Below the pieces are notes generated by a model. It worked only from the letters and a program-made list of their open reading frames with translations, was not told the origin of the DNA and did not search any database. This document shows positions 17,667-34,298 of a stretch of 64,000 nucleotides of DNA, piece by piece. The stretch lies in assembly GCF_009914755.1 (NCBI RefSeq), contig NC_060941.1; one strand, written 5' to 3'. The number at the start of each line of letters is the position of its first letter. Position 1 is the stretch's first letter. This DNA comes from the human T2T-CHM13v2.0 reference genome, Homo sapiens. The position numbers and the translations under genes are program-made.

Positions 17667-17898
17667 TAGTAATCTAACACTGTTGTATGTTAACTTCATT
17701 AATTTTAAGCATGCTTCATTGTTAGGTTGCATGAGAGGTCTTCCCTTCAAATAGAGGTGAAGTAATAAATGTTAGTGAACTCTGTGTCAGGATTTCTGTG
17801 CAGTTAGTACTAGGATTTGACTGTTCTCTTTCTGCGTATTTGAATAATTAACCTGAGTTGGTAATTGTGACCTCCTTTTCAAAAGTGTAAAAACCAGA

Positions 17899-18159
17899 CA
17901 GCACTTTGGGAGGCCGAGGCGGGTGGATCACGAGGTCAGGAGTTCAAGGCCAGCCTGGCCCAGATGGTGAAACCCTGTCTCTACTAAAAAAAACAAAAAA
18001 ATTAGCCAGGTGTGGTGGTGTGTGCCTATAATCCCACCTACTCAGGAGGTGGAGGCAGAGAATTGCATAAACCCAGGAGGCAGAGGTTGCAATGGGCCGA
18101 GATCTCTCTACTGCACTCCAGCCTGGGCAACAGAGCAAGACTCCGTCTTAAAAAAAAAA
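17899..18159 (+). mobile_element. 5'-truncated AluS
   Basis: Starts at cagcactttgg; A-tail. Confidence 0.9.
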
Positions 18160-18907
18160 CAGATTTAGGGTTAAGGCGAATGGGATGAGAGGAATTCCTT
18201 ATTTTTTTCTCCAAAGCAATTTTTTTCTGCTTATACAAACTTATTGTTTAAAATAGCTGGTTGCATTTGCCTCTGAATAAGCAATAACCCAGCATCGGTT
18301 TTATTTACTTGCACGCTTTCAGCCTCGCATTTCTGAGCAGCCCCAAGATTCCTCTGCAGATGCTCTACAGGCTCCTATGTGCCAGGCACCCTGCCAGTTG
18401 CTGGAGATAGAACAGTAAGTGAGACAAACGGGGTTGTGCCCTTTTGGAGCTCACACTCTGGCAGGGGACGCAGACAAGAAACAGCCCAATACACAAGATG
18501 ACAGGTGTTGATAAGCACTAGGAAGACAAGCAGAGCAAGGCAAGGAAAGAAGAGCCAGAGAGAGGGGTGCTATTCTAGGGAGGATGGTCAGAGGAAGTCC
18601 CTGAGTGGGTGACACGATATGAGCAGATACCTGAAAGGTATGCGGGGGGAACCATGTGACAATCGGGGGAGAGCTTGATGGGTGGGCACAGTATGTCCAA
18701 AGGCCCTGTGGCAGGGACATACTGGTTCACTGGGGAGGGTCAGGGTATGGGGGGCAGCAGAAGGCCAATGTGAGCAGCAGAATGGGCAAGGCAGCTGCTA
18801 GGGAATGGCTCATGAGAGATGGGTAGGGCAGAACCTCCCAGGCCCTATCTGAGGAATGGCAAAGTTCTGAGCAGGACCTAATTAACATTTCTAAACAGTT
18901 TTTTTGT

Positions 18908-19168
18908 TGGGAGGCCGAGGTGGGAGGATCGCTTGAGCTCAAGACTGAGACCAGCCTAGGCAAGATAGTGAAACTCCATCTTTACAAAAAAATTTTAAAA
19001 ATCAGCTCAGCGTGGTAGTGTCTACCTGTGGTCTCAGCTACTCAGGAGGCCAAGGCAGGAGGACTACTTGAGCCTAGGAGTTCGAAGCTACAGTGAGCCA
19101 TGATTGCATCTCTGCATTCCAGCCTCGGCAGCAGAGCAAGACCCTGTCTCAAAAAATAAAATAAAAAT
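18908..19168 (+). mobile_element. AluJ, 5'-truncated
   Basis: ggaggatcgcttgagc diagnostic. Confidence 0.9.
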
Positions 19169-19244
19169 TTAAAAATAAGCAATCTCTTTGGTAGCCATGC
19201 AGAGAAGTGATTGTAGAGGCACAAGAGTTAAAAATAAAATAATA

Positions 19245-19848
<604 letters not shown>

Positions 19849-20111
19849 GTAAGGCCTGGCTAGCATGCCATTGCAGTAGTTCAGGTGAGAGATGAGGGGA
19901 CTCAGCCCAGCAAGGGCAGAGCAGATGGAGCGGCTGTGGAGAATGCAGGAAGGAGAGGAATCCGGGACGCCCCTCAGTGCCTGCTGCTGCTGACATGGAG
20001 AAGACTCGGATCAAGAGTCAGGCGCAAGGTGGCTTTCAACATCCAAGTGGAGAAGGTGAGTAGACAGGGAAATATAGAAGCCTAAAGCCCAGAAGAAAAA
20101 AGACCAAGCCC

Positions 20112-20315
<204 letters not shown>

Positions 20316-21739
20316 TGATGGGTGACAAACTGCTGAGCAGTTGAGCAAGGCCTGAGGGGCGGCTATTGGGTTTGGCAAGACGTATGTTGCTGGTGGCTTT
20401 ACAAGGGGGTGTCAGGAGTGGGGACCGAGGGCAGATCTCGCTTGGGAGGAGTTTTGCTGTAAAGGGGAACAGAGAAATGGGGAGATCATCGGAAAGGGAT
20501 GTGGGATTAGGGAGGGTGTTTTCTTTCCTCTTTTTTTTTTTTCTGAAAGTATGGAAAGATAACAGTGCATTCTCTTGCCTGTGCGGATGCCAGGGAGACG
20601 GGGAAGGAGCCAGATTCCAGGCACACATGGAGCAGGGAGGCTGAGCATGGGGAGGCTGGCGGCTGAGGCGTGTCGTTGCTTCCTACAGCCGGTGCAGCTG
20701 TACAAGGGCATGGGACTGGATGTCAGCCAGACAAGGCTGGGGGACAGGTAGAGGAAATAGGCTGGCAAGGTGGAGGCAGTTGTCCAAGAGGGGACACCTG
20801 AAGCAGAAACTCTGGAGAACATGCAGTTACTGAGAGTGACAAGTCTCAGCCTTGGCCAGGACTCCGTGAAGGTGGGTCAGGTGTGTTGGAGGGAAAGAGC
20901 GTTGTGGAGGAAGAGATTGGGAAGCAGAGGCAGGAGGATTCATGGACAACATTGTTGAAGCTGCCAGAAATGAGCATAGGAGTGTCTGGCGACAGAAGGA
21001 CAGTGTGAGGAGGATGAGAAACCTTCCCTGAGTGGTCAGAGTGGCTGGAGGTCTGGAGGTGACTGTGGCAAGCAGGGCTCGAGGGTGATGTAGTCCCTAA
21101 GCATGCTCTTGGAGAGGCTGGGTTGTTACGGAAGGAGAGGGGAGGAATATTCTGGAAAAGTAGGGAGAAGAGCTCTGTCAGCTGCAGGTCCTCAGAGAAG
21201 GCAGGGTGTGGGAGACAAAAACAGACACCCCTTGAGAGAGCTGCAGGAGAAACAGCATCTTCAGGGGAGACCCCGACTTCTAGCAGAGTGAGAGAGTGGA
21301 GGGACATCCGAGAAGAGGCTGAGGAGGATGTAGAGGTTTTATGATGACACCGTGAGTTGACACTGAGAGTTCCCAGTGGCCTACTGACAATTTGGGGGTC
21401 ACTAAGAGGTAGACATTTAGGTCAGTTTAAAGAATGTTTGAACCCTCTGGAGATGACAGTGGTGTGGAATATGAAGTGGAATCCAGACTAAAACAGGAAA
21501 GAGCCAGGAGCACTTTCTGGAGTCAGGTGAATGGAATGACCAGGTGAGCCCAGGAGCCATGGGGTGGACTCCAAGATGTGCTGAGGCTACAGTAGAACCA
21601 TCAAGGAAGAAACTCACTGACCATGCTTTTCTCAGCCCAGTTCATGAGGGGCTGCCCTGGCAGGAGGGCTTTCCTGTGGAGGTGGCCAAGGAGCACTGTG
21701 CTCTCCTCCCTCCACCAGGTATCAAAAGTCAACCTGCTG

Positions 21740-22195
21740 CCCACCCGCATTCACAGCAGCACTCTGAACAATAGCAGAAAGGTGGAAGCAACCCAAGCAT
21801 CCATCTACAGATAACTGGATAAACAAAACATGATTCATTTATATAATGGGATCTTATTCAACTTTAAAAAGGAAAGAAATTCTGACAACAGTGCTACAAC
21901 CTGGATGAACCTTGAGGACGTTATGCTGAGTGAAGTAAGCCAGACACAGAAAGACAAATCCTGTGTGATTGCACCTACATGAGGTAGTAGAGTAGTCAGA
22001 TTCATAGAGACAGAAAGTAGAATGGTGGTTGCCAGGGGCTGGGGGAAGGGGAAAATGGGGAGTTAGTGTTTAATGGGGACAGAGTTTAAGTTTTGCAAGA
22101 TGAGAAAGGTGAGGTGAATGGAGGTGATGGCTGCACAATAATGTGAATGTACATTTTGGTTAATGCCACCAAAATGTTTAAGAGGATGTTAAAAA
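21740..22195 (+). mobile_element. L1MB-type 3' end
   Basis: ggatgaaccttgaggacgttatgctgagtgaagtaagccagacacagaaagacaaat. Confidence 0.88.
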
Positions 22196-22466
22196 ATGTC
22201 AGATTGGGGAAACTGAAGCTATCCTATTGCCTCGAGGCCACACAGTTGACAGACGGCTGCAGCATTGGACCAGAATGTGTCTCTGACCCCACACCCTGCA
22301 GGGGCTCTGCAAGGCAGAGGAAGAATCGGGGCTGTGGTGATTAGAAACAGTGAGCATCCTGGGGCGACCCTGTTGAGCCTCTTAGGAAGAACTTTTTAAA
22401 TTTTTATATATTTTTTGGAGTTGGTTTATTTGAATGTGAGACACTACAATTGGTTTATGTGTCTCC

Positions 22467-22775
22467 TTTTTTTTTTTTTTTCTTTTTTAATTTTGAGACA
22501 GGGTCTCACTCTGTCACCCAGGCTGGAGTGCAGTGGCGTGATCTCAGCTCACTGCAGCCTCCGCCTCCCAGGCTCAAGCAATCCTCCTACCTAGTCTCCA
22601 GAGGAGCTGGGACAACAGGTGTGCACCACCTCACCTGGCTAATTTTTGTATTTTTCCTAGATACAGGGTTTCGCTGTATTGGCCAAGCTGGTCTTGAACT
22701 CCTGAGCTCAAGCGATCTGTGTGCCTTGGCCTCACAAAGTTCTGGGATTACAGACGTGAGCCACCGTGCCTGGCC
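22467..22775 (-). mobile_element. AluJ
   Basis: Full dimer. Confidence 0.92.
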
Positions 22776-23214
22776 AGGAAGAACGTTCACTGACTCATTT
22801 GCCACATTCAGATCTTACCCAGAGACATTTGAATTTCCAAGGGTGATGATTTGCATCGGGTGGAGCAGAGCACCATGGGCACTTAGCTTAGCCCAGGCTC
22901 AGCAAAAAGCTGAAATGCTCACAAACAGCAGGCCCTGGGCATTATGGTTATTTTCCTGACCTCAGTCTCAAGTGCCAAATCTCAAAACTATCATTAAAAT
23001 GTCCATATTTTTTCATTTAGAGAAAACAGTGTCTGCTAAAATCCATAATATCCACCTGAGTGTTTGTTCAGCACAGCTGGCCTGACAGCACTTGTTTGGA
23101 ACTTGACAAGTAAGCCTAAATTCACTGGGAAGGATGAAGCTAAGAAAATTTGGAATAAGAACGAAGGCGGATGCACCTTGCACATATCAAAACACACCAT
23201 AGAGGTGCAGTGCT

Positions 23215-23346
23215 GGCCAGGCACTGTGGCTCATGCCTGTAGTCCCAGTGTTTTGGGAGGCTGAGACAGGAGGATCGCTTGAGCCCAGGAGTTTGAGACC
23301 AGCCTGGGCAACACAGCAAGGCCCCATCTCTACAAAAAATTTAAAA
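23215..23346 (+). mobile_element. Alu left monomer (FLAM-like)
   Basis: Single arm. Confidence 0.85.
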
Positions 23347-23719
23347 GGAGCCACACAGATAGGAAAGAAAAGAGAAACGCAGGGTGTCCAGATGTAATGT
23401 CTATGTTATTCCACCTGGAAATTTCCCCTTGGAGCTTAGCGCTTCAATGCTGGCCTCTACCAAGAGCCTAAATCCAAGGTCACCCTGAGGCAACTCTTCA
23501 TCTTACTCCAGAAGGCTGGAAACCTTCAGTCCTCCCCAGCACCCACTCATGTGTGAAGTGAGATCTGATATCTTTGAAGGACATCAACATTGGGTAGAAA
23601 TAGCCTAAGAAAGACTTCCATGTCCTTTTCCTTAGCAAGGATCCACATGCAGATCTGGCCCTGGGATGGGCATGGTGTGGGCATCACCAGAGGGGCAGCA
23701 GGAATGCAAACAGACCTGG

Positions 23720-23815
23720 CTTAAGATCCAGCTCTGCTACTTAACCAGCTATGTGTGGTGGCTCTGGGAAGGTCATCCAGTCATCTGCAGCCTCAGCCAC
23801 TTCACCTCTCTACAC
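23720..23815 (+). mobile_element. MIR fragment
   Basis: atccagctctgctacttaaccagctatgtg...gcctcag. Confidence 0.6.
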
Positions 23816-23913
23816 AGGATCAAGTTACAAGCTATGTGACTTGCTTTTGTATATCTTCTTTGGAGAAGTGTCTGTTCAAGTCCTTTGCCCATTTTAAAAA
23901 TTGGATTATTTGT

Positions 23914-24210
<297 letters not shown>

Positions 24211-24392
24211 TGGACACTAGACTTTTATTAGATATATGATTTGCAAATATTTTCTCCCATTTTGTGAACTATCTTTTTATTCTCTTGATAGTGCCCTTTG
24301 ATGTACAAAAGTTTTTAACTTGGATGAAGTTCAGTGTATCTAATTTTTTATCTGATTGCTTGGGTTTTTGGTGTCATAGTTAAGAAATTGTT

Positions 24393-24691
<299 letters not shown>

Positions 24692-25123
24692 AGAAATTGT
24701 TGCCCAAGGTAATGAAGATTTACACCTATGTTTTCTTCTAAGATTTTTGTAGTTTTAGCTCTTACATTTAGGTGTTTGATCCATTTTGAGTTGATTTTTG
24801 TATATGACTTGAGGTAGTAGTTCAACTTAATTCTTTTGCATGTGGATACCCAGCTGTCCCAGGAGCATTTGTTAAAAAGGCTATTCTTTCTCCCATTAAA
24901 TTGTCATGGAATCCCTGTCAAATATCAATTGACCATAAATGTAAGCATTTATTTCTGGATTCTCAGTTCTAATTCATCAATCTATATGTCTGCCCTTATG
25001 CCAGCACCACATTGTGTTGATTACTATAGTTTTGTAATAAGTTTTGAAATCAAGAAACGTTCATTTAAAGGTAAAAACCTAAAAATAACAAATAAAAATA
25101 AAGGGAAAAAAAGGAGGTGTTAG

Positions 25124-25433
<310 letters not shown>

Positions 25434-26395
25434 TTGTTTTTCTTTTTCAAGATTGTTTTTGCTATTCTGTGTCCTCTGCATTTCCATATAATTTTTAGGA
25501 TCAGCTTGTCAATTTTTGCAAAATTTTGAGAGATTGCATTGAATATGTAGATCAATTTCGGTAGCATTGCCATCTTAATAATATTGTCTTCCAATCCATG
25601 AATATGGACTATGGACTGTCTTTCCAGTTATTTGGGTATTTTTAAATTTATTTCAATTATGTTTTGTAGTTTTATTTGTAAAAGTCTTGTGCTTCTTTGG
25701 TTAAATTTATTCCTAAGAATTTTGTTTTTGATGCTAATGTAAATGAAGTTGTTTTCTTAATTTTAAGATTATTCATTGCTATTGAGTAAAGATACAATTA
25801 ATTTTATATTTTGTCCAAGATACTGATCTTGTATTCTGCAACCCTGCTGAAGGGCATTTATTTGTTCTAAAAGGTTTTGTTTTTGTTTTGTGGATCTCTT
25901 AGGGTTTTCTATATACAAGATTATGGCATTTGCAATATACATATATGTGTGTGTATATATATATATATAGAGAGAGAGTTTTAGTTCTCCTTTCTAATCT
26001 GGATGCCTCTTATTTGTTTTTTAATTTTTTCTTTTGGCTTTATTTCCCTGGCTAGAACCCCCAATACAATTCTGAATAGAAGTGAGAGCAAAATCCTTGT
26101 CTTATTCTTGATCTTAGAGGGAATGCTTGCAGTCTTTTATCATTGAATACGCTATATTAGCTTTGAGTTTTTCATAGATGTCCTTTATCAGGTTGAAGAT
26201 ATTTCTTTCCATTTCTATTTTGTTGATTTTTTTCAAATCATGAAAGGATGTTAGATTTTGCCAAATACTTTTTCTATGTGTATTGAGATGATCATGTTAT
26301 TTTTCCTTTATTCTATTAATAACATGTATTACATAATTAAATCTTATTCATTAAACCAACTTAGCATTCCTGAGATAAATCCCACCTGATCATAG

Positions 26396-26702
<307 letters not shown>

Positions 26703-26977
26703 TCTATATATCTTATATCCTTTTTGTTCCTCTATTTCTCCATTGTTGACTTCTTTTTTGTTAAATAGGTATTATCTAGTGTACCTTTTTAATTCTCTTG
26801 TCAATTATTTGTTAAAATGTCAGAATATATAATGATATAAAAAAGCTTTCTTCCTATATTGTTCCATTTCCTCCTCTCCTTTTGGCTATTAACATCATAC
26901 AAGTAATGTCTTTATACACTGTGTGCCCATCAGCACATATTTCTAATTATTGTTTTATGCTGTCTTTTGTATTAATT

Positions 26978-27364
<387 letters not shown>

Positions 27365-28045
27365 TGAGTTATTGTCTAGTGTGCTTTCATTTCAGCCTGA
27401 ATAAATAGCTTTAGTATTTATTGTAGATCTCTTAGTGAATTTTTGTTTATCTACTCTCTTAATATCTGCTTCCTTTTTGAAGGACATTTTTACTAGATAG
27501 AGAATTTTTGGTTGGCAGTTTTTTTCTTTCAGAGCTTTTACTATGTCATAGTAGATGGCTCTTATGGTCTCCATGACTTCTGATTAGAAGTCAGATGTTA
27601 ATCTTATTGAGGGTTCCTTGTACATAATAAGTCACCTTTCTCCTGATGCCCTGAAGATTCTCTTTGACTTTAGCTTTTGACAATTTGACTGCAGTGTGTC
27701 TAGGTGTAGATATCTTTGATTTTATTCCACTTAGAGTTCACTGAGTTTCTTCGATGTACATGCTTATTTTTTTCATCAAATTTGGGAAGTTTTTGACCAT
27801 TATGTTTAAATTTTTCTGTTTCTCTCTCACTCTCTTTCTAGTACTCTGATTTTGCGTATATTGGTACACTTAATGATATCTCCAAGGTCTCTGAAACTGT
27901 TGATTTTTCTTTTATCTTTTTTCTTTCTGTTCCTCAAATTGGATTATCTCAATTGACCAGTGCATTCAAGTTCACTAATTTTTACTTTTGCAAGTCCAAA
28001 TTCGCTGTTGTGCCCTTCTATTAAATTTTTCATTTGTTATTGTAC

Positions 28046-28362
28046 TTTTTTTTTTTTTTTTTTGAGATCGAGTCTCGCTCTGTCGCCCAGGCTGGAGGGT
28101 GGTGTCGTCATTTTGGCTCACTGCAACCTCTACCTCCCAGGTTCAGGCGATCCTCCCACCTCAGCCTCCTGAGTAGCTGGAATTACAGGAGCGTGCCACC
28201 ATGCTCAGCTAATTGTTTTGTTTTGTTTTGTTTTTAGTAGAGACGGGGTTTCAACATGTTGGTCAGGCTGGTCTCGAACTCCTGACCTTGAGTGACCTGC
28301 CCTTCTTGCCCCTTGGCTTACCAAAGTGATGGGATTACAGGCATGAGCCACCACACCTGGCC
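28046..28362 (-). mobile_element. Alu
   Basis: TSD tgttattgtactttt. Confidence 0.92.
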
Positions 28363-28480
28363 TGTTATTGTACTTTTCAACTCCAGAATATCTATTTGAT
28401 TCTTCATCATTTCCATCTCTTTTTTTGAGATTCTCTATTTGGTGAGACATCTTTCTTTCAATTGTTTAGACAGATTCCTG

Positions 28481-28798
<318 letters not shown>

Positions 28799-28857
28799 CC
28801 TTTTAATTTTTTGAACATGTTTAAAATAGCTGATTTAAAATCTTTGTCTAGGCCTCA

Positions 28858-29168
28858 GGCGCAGTGGCTCATGCCTGTAATTTCAGCACTTTGGGCACCG
28901 GAGGCAGAAGGATCGCTTGCAGCCAAGAGTTTGAGACCAGGCCGGAAAACAAAATGAGACCCCATCTCTACAAAAAAATTAAAAAATTGTCCAGCATGGT
29001 GGCACATGCCTGTAGTTCCAGCTACTCAGGAGGCTAAGACAAAAGGATCACTGGAGCCCAGGAGTTCGAGACTGCAGTGAATCATGATTGTGCCACTGCA
29101 CTCCAGCCTGGACAACAGAGTGAGACTCTATCTCTAAAAAAATTAATTAAATAAAAATAAATAAAACA
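28858..29168 (+). mobile_element. AluJ
   Basis: TSD aaaatctttg(t/c)ctag. Confidence 0.9.
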
Positions 29169-29614
29169 TACATACATAAAATCTTTGCCTAGTAAACCTA
29201 ACATCCTGACTTTCTTAGGAGCAGTTTCTGTTGTTTCTTTTTTCTCCTGTATGTGGGCCATATTTTCCTTCTTATATGCATGTCTTATAATATTTTGTTG
29301 AAAGCACAACATTTAAAATAATACAATGTGGCAACTCTGAAAATTGGATCCTGCCACCCCAGGGTTTGTGGTTGATACTGTTTGTTGCTGTTGTTGCTGT
29401 TCATTTGTTTAGTGAATTTCCTGGACAAATTCTGTGATGTCTGTATTTTTTGTCACATGCAGCAGCTAAAGTCTCTGGCTAGTTAGCTTAGTGGTCAGCT
29501 GATAATTGGATAGCAATTTCCTTAAATGCCTTGAATCTATAGTCTCCCAGCCTTTGCAAAAGGACTTAGTGTGTGTGTTGGGGTACACTTTCACCATTGA
29601 CAACTCTACTTTAG

Positions 29615-30055
<441 letters not shown>

Positions 30056-30242
30056 TAAGAGCTTTTCAAAGCCTCCTATGGACATGTCATTTTTTAGTTT
30101 TTCTTTTTAATTTTTTACCAGCTTCTTGTTAGTCCTGCCTGGTATTGACATTTCAGGCAACTGCGGTTTAAACTTTTCCCTCATCCACCCCTAAGCACAC
30201 ACACTTTTCCACGCCTCCATTTCCTCAAGACAGTTTTATCAT

Positions 30243-30367
30243 GCTGGTTGTAGTGGATCATATCTGTAGTCCCAGAATTTTGGGAGGCCAAGGTGAGTGG
30301 ATCACATGAGCCCTGGAGTTCTGCCTGGCAACAGAGGGAGACTTTGTCAAAAGAGAGAGAAAAAAAA
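30243..30367 (+). mobile_element. Degenerate Alu monomer
   Basis: ctgtagtcccagaattttgggaggcc...ggcaacagagggagac. Confidence 0.7.
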
Positions 30368-30430
30368 GAAGGAAGGAAGGAAGGAAGTTAGAAAGGAAGG
30401 AAGGAAAGGAAAGGAAGGAAGGAAGGAAAA
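30368..30430. repeat. (GGAA)n microsatellite
   Basis: Interrupted GGAA array derived from the Alu tail. Confidence 0.9.
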
Positions 30431-30471
30431 GAGATTTATCAAATTTTTTCATTAAATCAATATTCAGTGTT

Positions 30472-30780
<309 letters not shown>

Positions 30781-30798
30781 CATATTCAGTGTTTATAT

Positions 30799-30990
30799 CA
30801 GAGTTTCCCAGTAGGAGCAATATTGGCGTTTTGGTGGGACAGTTCTTCATTGTAAAGGATATTTAGCATCTCTGGTCTCTGTCCACTAATTGCCAGTAAT
30901 GGTTATATAACAGTGGGAACCAAAAACATGCCTACATATTTCTAAACATGCTCTTGAGCTTAGCAGGCAGTATCACTTGGTTAACAATCT
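30799..30990 (-). mobile_element. MER20-like hAT relic
   Basis: tttagcatctctggtctctgtccactaattgccagta...ccaaaaacatg. Confidence 0.55.
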
Positions 30991-31214
30991 GCTTCACAGT
31001 ATTTCGACTGTATAATTAGGTTTACACTGAAACATATGTACTGTTATTGCATTTTCTGTCTTCAACTTTCTTTTTTTTGTATAGTTACTAATTACCTCCC
31101 TTATTTGTTTAGTTTCTTAGTAACGATCACTATTTGCTAAGATCTCCGAATGTATATCAAATATCTCTCCATAACATCAAACATAGCAAGTAATTGCTTC
31201 TTTCTACTCTTACT

Positions 31215-31519
31215 TTATTTATATTATTTATTTTTTTGAGGCAGAGTCTCTCACCGTTGCCCAGGCCGGAGTGCAGCGGTGGGATCTTGGTTCACTGCAA
31301 CCTCCAGCTCCCGAGTTCAAGCGATCCTCCTGCCTCAGCCTCCTGAGTAGCTGGGATTACAGGTGCCCGCCACCACGCCCAGCTATTTTTTTGTATTTTT
31401 AGTAGAGACAGGGTTTCACTCTGACAGGCCAGGCTGGTCTTGAACTCCTGACCTTGTGATCCTCCCTCCTCTGCCTCCCAAAGTACTGGGATCACAGGCA
31501 TGAGCCACAGCGCCCGGCT
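31215..31519 (-). mobile_element. AluS
   Basis: Full dimer. Confidence 0.92.
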
Positions 31520-31756
31520 GCTTCTTTCTACTCCTTCTTGGAAACAGTCCTCCTGGAGCCTTCTGTCTTTTCACACAACTCTGAACTGATTAACCAGGAC
31601 TGCTGCACAGCAGACATTCTGGGGCTTCTCTTCACCACCATCCTGGTAATTGGACTCAAAAAATGTGAATTGGAAAATCCAAGTTGTCTCCACTGCCTGT
31701 TTGACTGGGGGAGGCTGAAGAAGTTCAGGATAATGCAGAGCATAAAGAAGTTACAT

Positions 31757-32061
31757 GGCCAGGTGTGCTGGCTCACGCCTGTAATCCCAGCACTTTGGGA
31801 GGCTGAGGCGGGCAGATCATGAGGTCAGGAGATTGAGACCATCCTGGCTAACACATGAAACCCTGTCTCTACTAAAAATACAAAAAAAAATTAGCCGGGT
31901 GTGGTGGCGGGTGCCTGTAGTCCCAGCTACTTGGGAGGCTGAGGCAGGAGAATGGCATGAACCCAGGAGGCGGAGCTTGCGTGAGCCAAGATCACACCAC
32001 TGCACTCCAGCCTGGGTAACAGAGCGAGACTCTGTCTCAAAAAAAAAAAAAAAAAAAAAAA
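31757..32061 (+). mobile_element. AluY
   Basis: TSD aagaagttacat. Confidence 0.93.
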
Positions 32062-32819
32062 GAAGTTACATTTTCTCTGAATGTCTGAGGGCAGAGTGAA
32101 TGTATGTGTAACATTACTTCATACATATATGGAATGAATACTCTTTAATGTGCTTCTATATTTATCATATAATTTGGTCCTTATTTTAACTTTCTCATTT
32201 CAGATTTGAGGAAATTGAAGTGCACTGCCTGGCACCCACTTTACTTCTGAAACAATACATGTGGTAACAGTATTAAGTGCTCACTATTTTGCAAACATTG
32301 TTCAAGAACCCTAGGAAAGACAGTACAGAATAAATAGAAAGCAAAGTCTTTTTGTCCAAGAACTTAAAGCCCGTCAGTGTTGGGAACATGCGATTTGTGT
32401 GTGCAATGGTGCAGGAGTCTGGTCGTGTCCATCTCTGGGGTGCAGAGCTGCCTCTGAAGACTTGGCAAGACCTACCCAACAGTCGTTCACTGAGCAGAGA
32501 CTGAGGAGCCTCCTGGGATTGGGCTCATCCTCAGGAAAAGCGGAGCCAGTCCCAAGCTTGAACCAGTGACAAGTCCTTGGATGTCGGAGAGAAGTAGAAC
32601 GTTGAGGTACAGTAAGAAACCCTTGTTGACTTCCAGAAGTGCTTGAGGGATTTTGTGGGGAGCTGAGGCCTGGAGAGAGTCAGCTGTTCTGAAATGTAGG
32701 CTGTGACTCCTGATGTGTGCCATCTTTATGTACAAGCCAGTGAGGCCTAGAGCTCTCAGGTTAGACTTAAAATTTCCCTCTGACACTCACACAGACACTG
32801 AGGGGCAATGTGCACTGTA

Positions 32820-33200
32820 CTCTTTTCCTCTTTATTTTATAGAGCCCCAAGTTTATTCGGAGGGTAACATATTTGGGAAAGGTATGCCCCTTCCTCTTCC
32901 CCATGGAATAAACCATATTTGGTCAAAGCCAGGCATGATCATTCCATTTCCCTGTGCTCATGGTTGGTGTAGGGTAGCAAGTGATCCACGACTTCACCTC
33001 ATGATAAACGGTAGGGAGGCTAGCCCTCTTCTGCATTGAATGAGGTTGCATGAGCAAGCAATGCTTGCAGCTGTGGCAGCCTTTTTGTAACCATGTGGCA
33101 ACAAGCCTAAGAGGAAAGCTACTGAAGATGGCAGAGCAGAAAGAGAGAACCTGGGCCTGTCATGATATTTCTGGGACCATCTGTATGTCACCTGGATTCT
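32820..33200 (+). mobile_element. Old MLT1-type LTR relic
   Basis: ctgtggcagcctttttgtaaccatg...gaagatggcagagcagaaaga...aacctggg. Confidence 0.55.
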
Positions 33201-33449
33201 GCTCTGGCAGTTGAGGCAGGATGAGAGGGGTGAGAGATGAGACGATGTGTACTAGCAGTCTGGAAGAGGTCCACGGAGGGTCAGTTTGTTCAGGAAGCAT
33301 ACCCTTCCACTTTCACCAGTGAAAGTCCCACTTGAGTTTCTAGGGCTCTAGTCCTAACCTAACCAGATGCTTTCATCACTGCAGTTGTTTTCCAGGAGTC
33401 AGGATCTAGAGGTAGTCAGATGGCAGATGGCTCCTCCTGCCCCTTTTTA

Positions 33450-33600
33450 GCCTGACCCTGTGAAGTAGATATTGTTATCCCATCTTATACATAAGAAATA
33501 GGGGCTTAGAAAGATTAATTGACTTGTCCAACATCAACAGCAGAGCTGGGAATCAAACCTGGAGTCTCTGTTGCTAAGACCTGGGCTCTGCTCCCTGCAC
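33450..33600 (-). mobile_element. MIR
   Basis: attgttatcccatcttatacataagaaatagggg...cagagctgggaatcaaacc. Confidence 0.75.
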
Positions 33601-33625
33601 ACCAATTGCTTTCAAGACTAAACCA

Positions 33626-33924
33626 GCTGGGTGTAGTGGCTCACACTTGTAATCCCGGCACTTTGGGAGGCTGAGATGGGAGGATCGCTTGAGCCCAGGG
33701 GTTCAAGACCAGCCTGGGCAACATAGTGGGACACTGTCTCTACAAAAACATTACAAATTAACCAGGCATGGTGGTGTGCACCTGTAGTCCTAGCCACTTG
33801 GGAGGCTGGGGTGGGAGGATCACCTGAGCCCAGGAGGTTGAGGCTGCAGTAAGCTATGATCCCACCATGGTGCTACAGCTTCAGTGACAGAGTGAGACTC
33901 TTGTTTCAAAAAAAAAAAAAAAAA
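33626..33924 (+). mobile_element. AluJ
   Basis: TSD aagactaaa. Confidence 0.92.
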
Positions 33925-34298
33925 AGACTAAATGCCATGACTCTCTTCGGATTCCACCCTTCCTCCTCGTGTTTCCTGAATAATAACCTGTTAATAATAA
34001 TTATTATAATATTTAATAATAATAATTGGCACCCCCATGGACCCAGTGAGTCCAGCTCAAATCCTAGCGTGGATCAGGGGTTGAAGGAGTCAGGAAAATG
34101 TATGATTCATTTCACAAAGACTTTGTGAAGAGGGGCGGGTTGTTGTGTGAGTCAGAGGGTACCAGGTGGGGCTGGGGTGGGGAGAGGACGGAGAAGGGAA
34201 AGCTTTGCTGGTGAGGGACACCGGGGACCTGAAACTCAGTGGACTGCAACACAGACGGGAACAGGGCACAGCCCTGTGCTGGAGACTTCCTACTTGGG

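Noticed and set aside
33990-34027. AT-rich (TAA)/(TTA) quasi-palindrome
   Set aside because: Short low-complexity tract with no supporting context.
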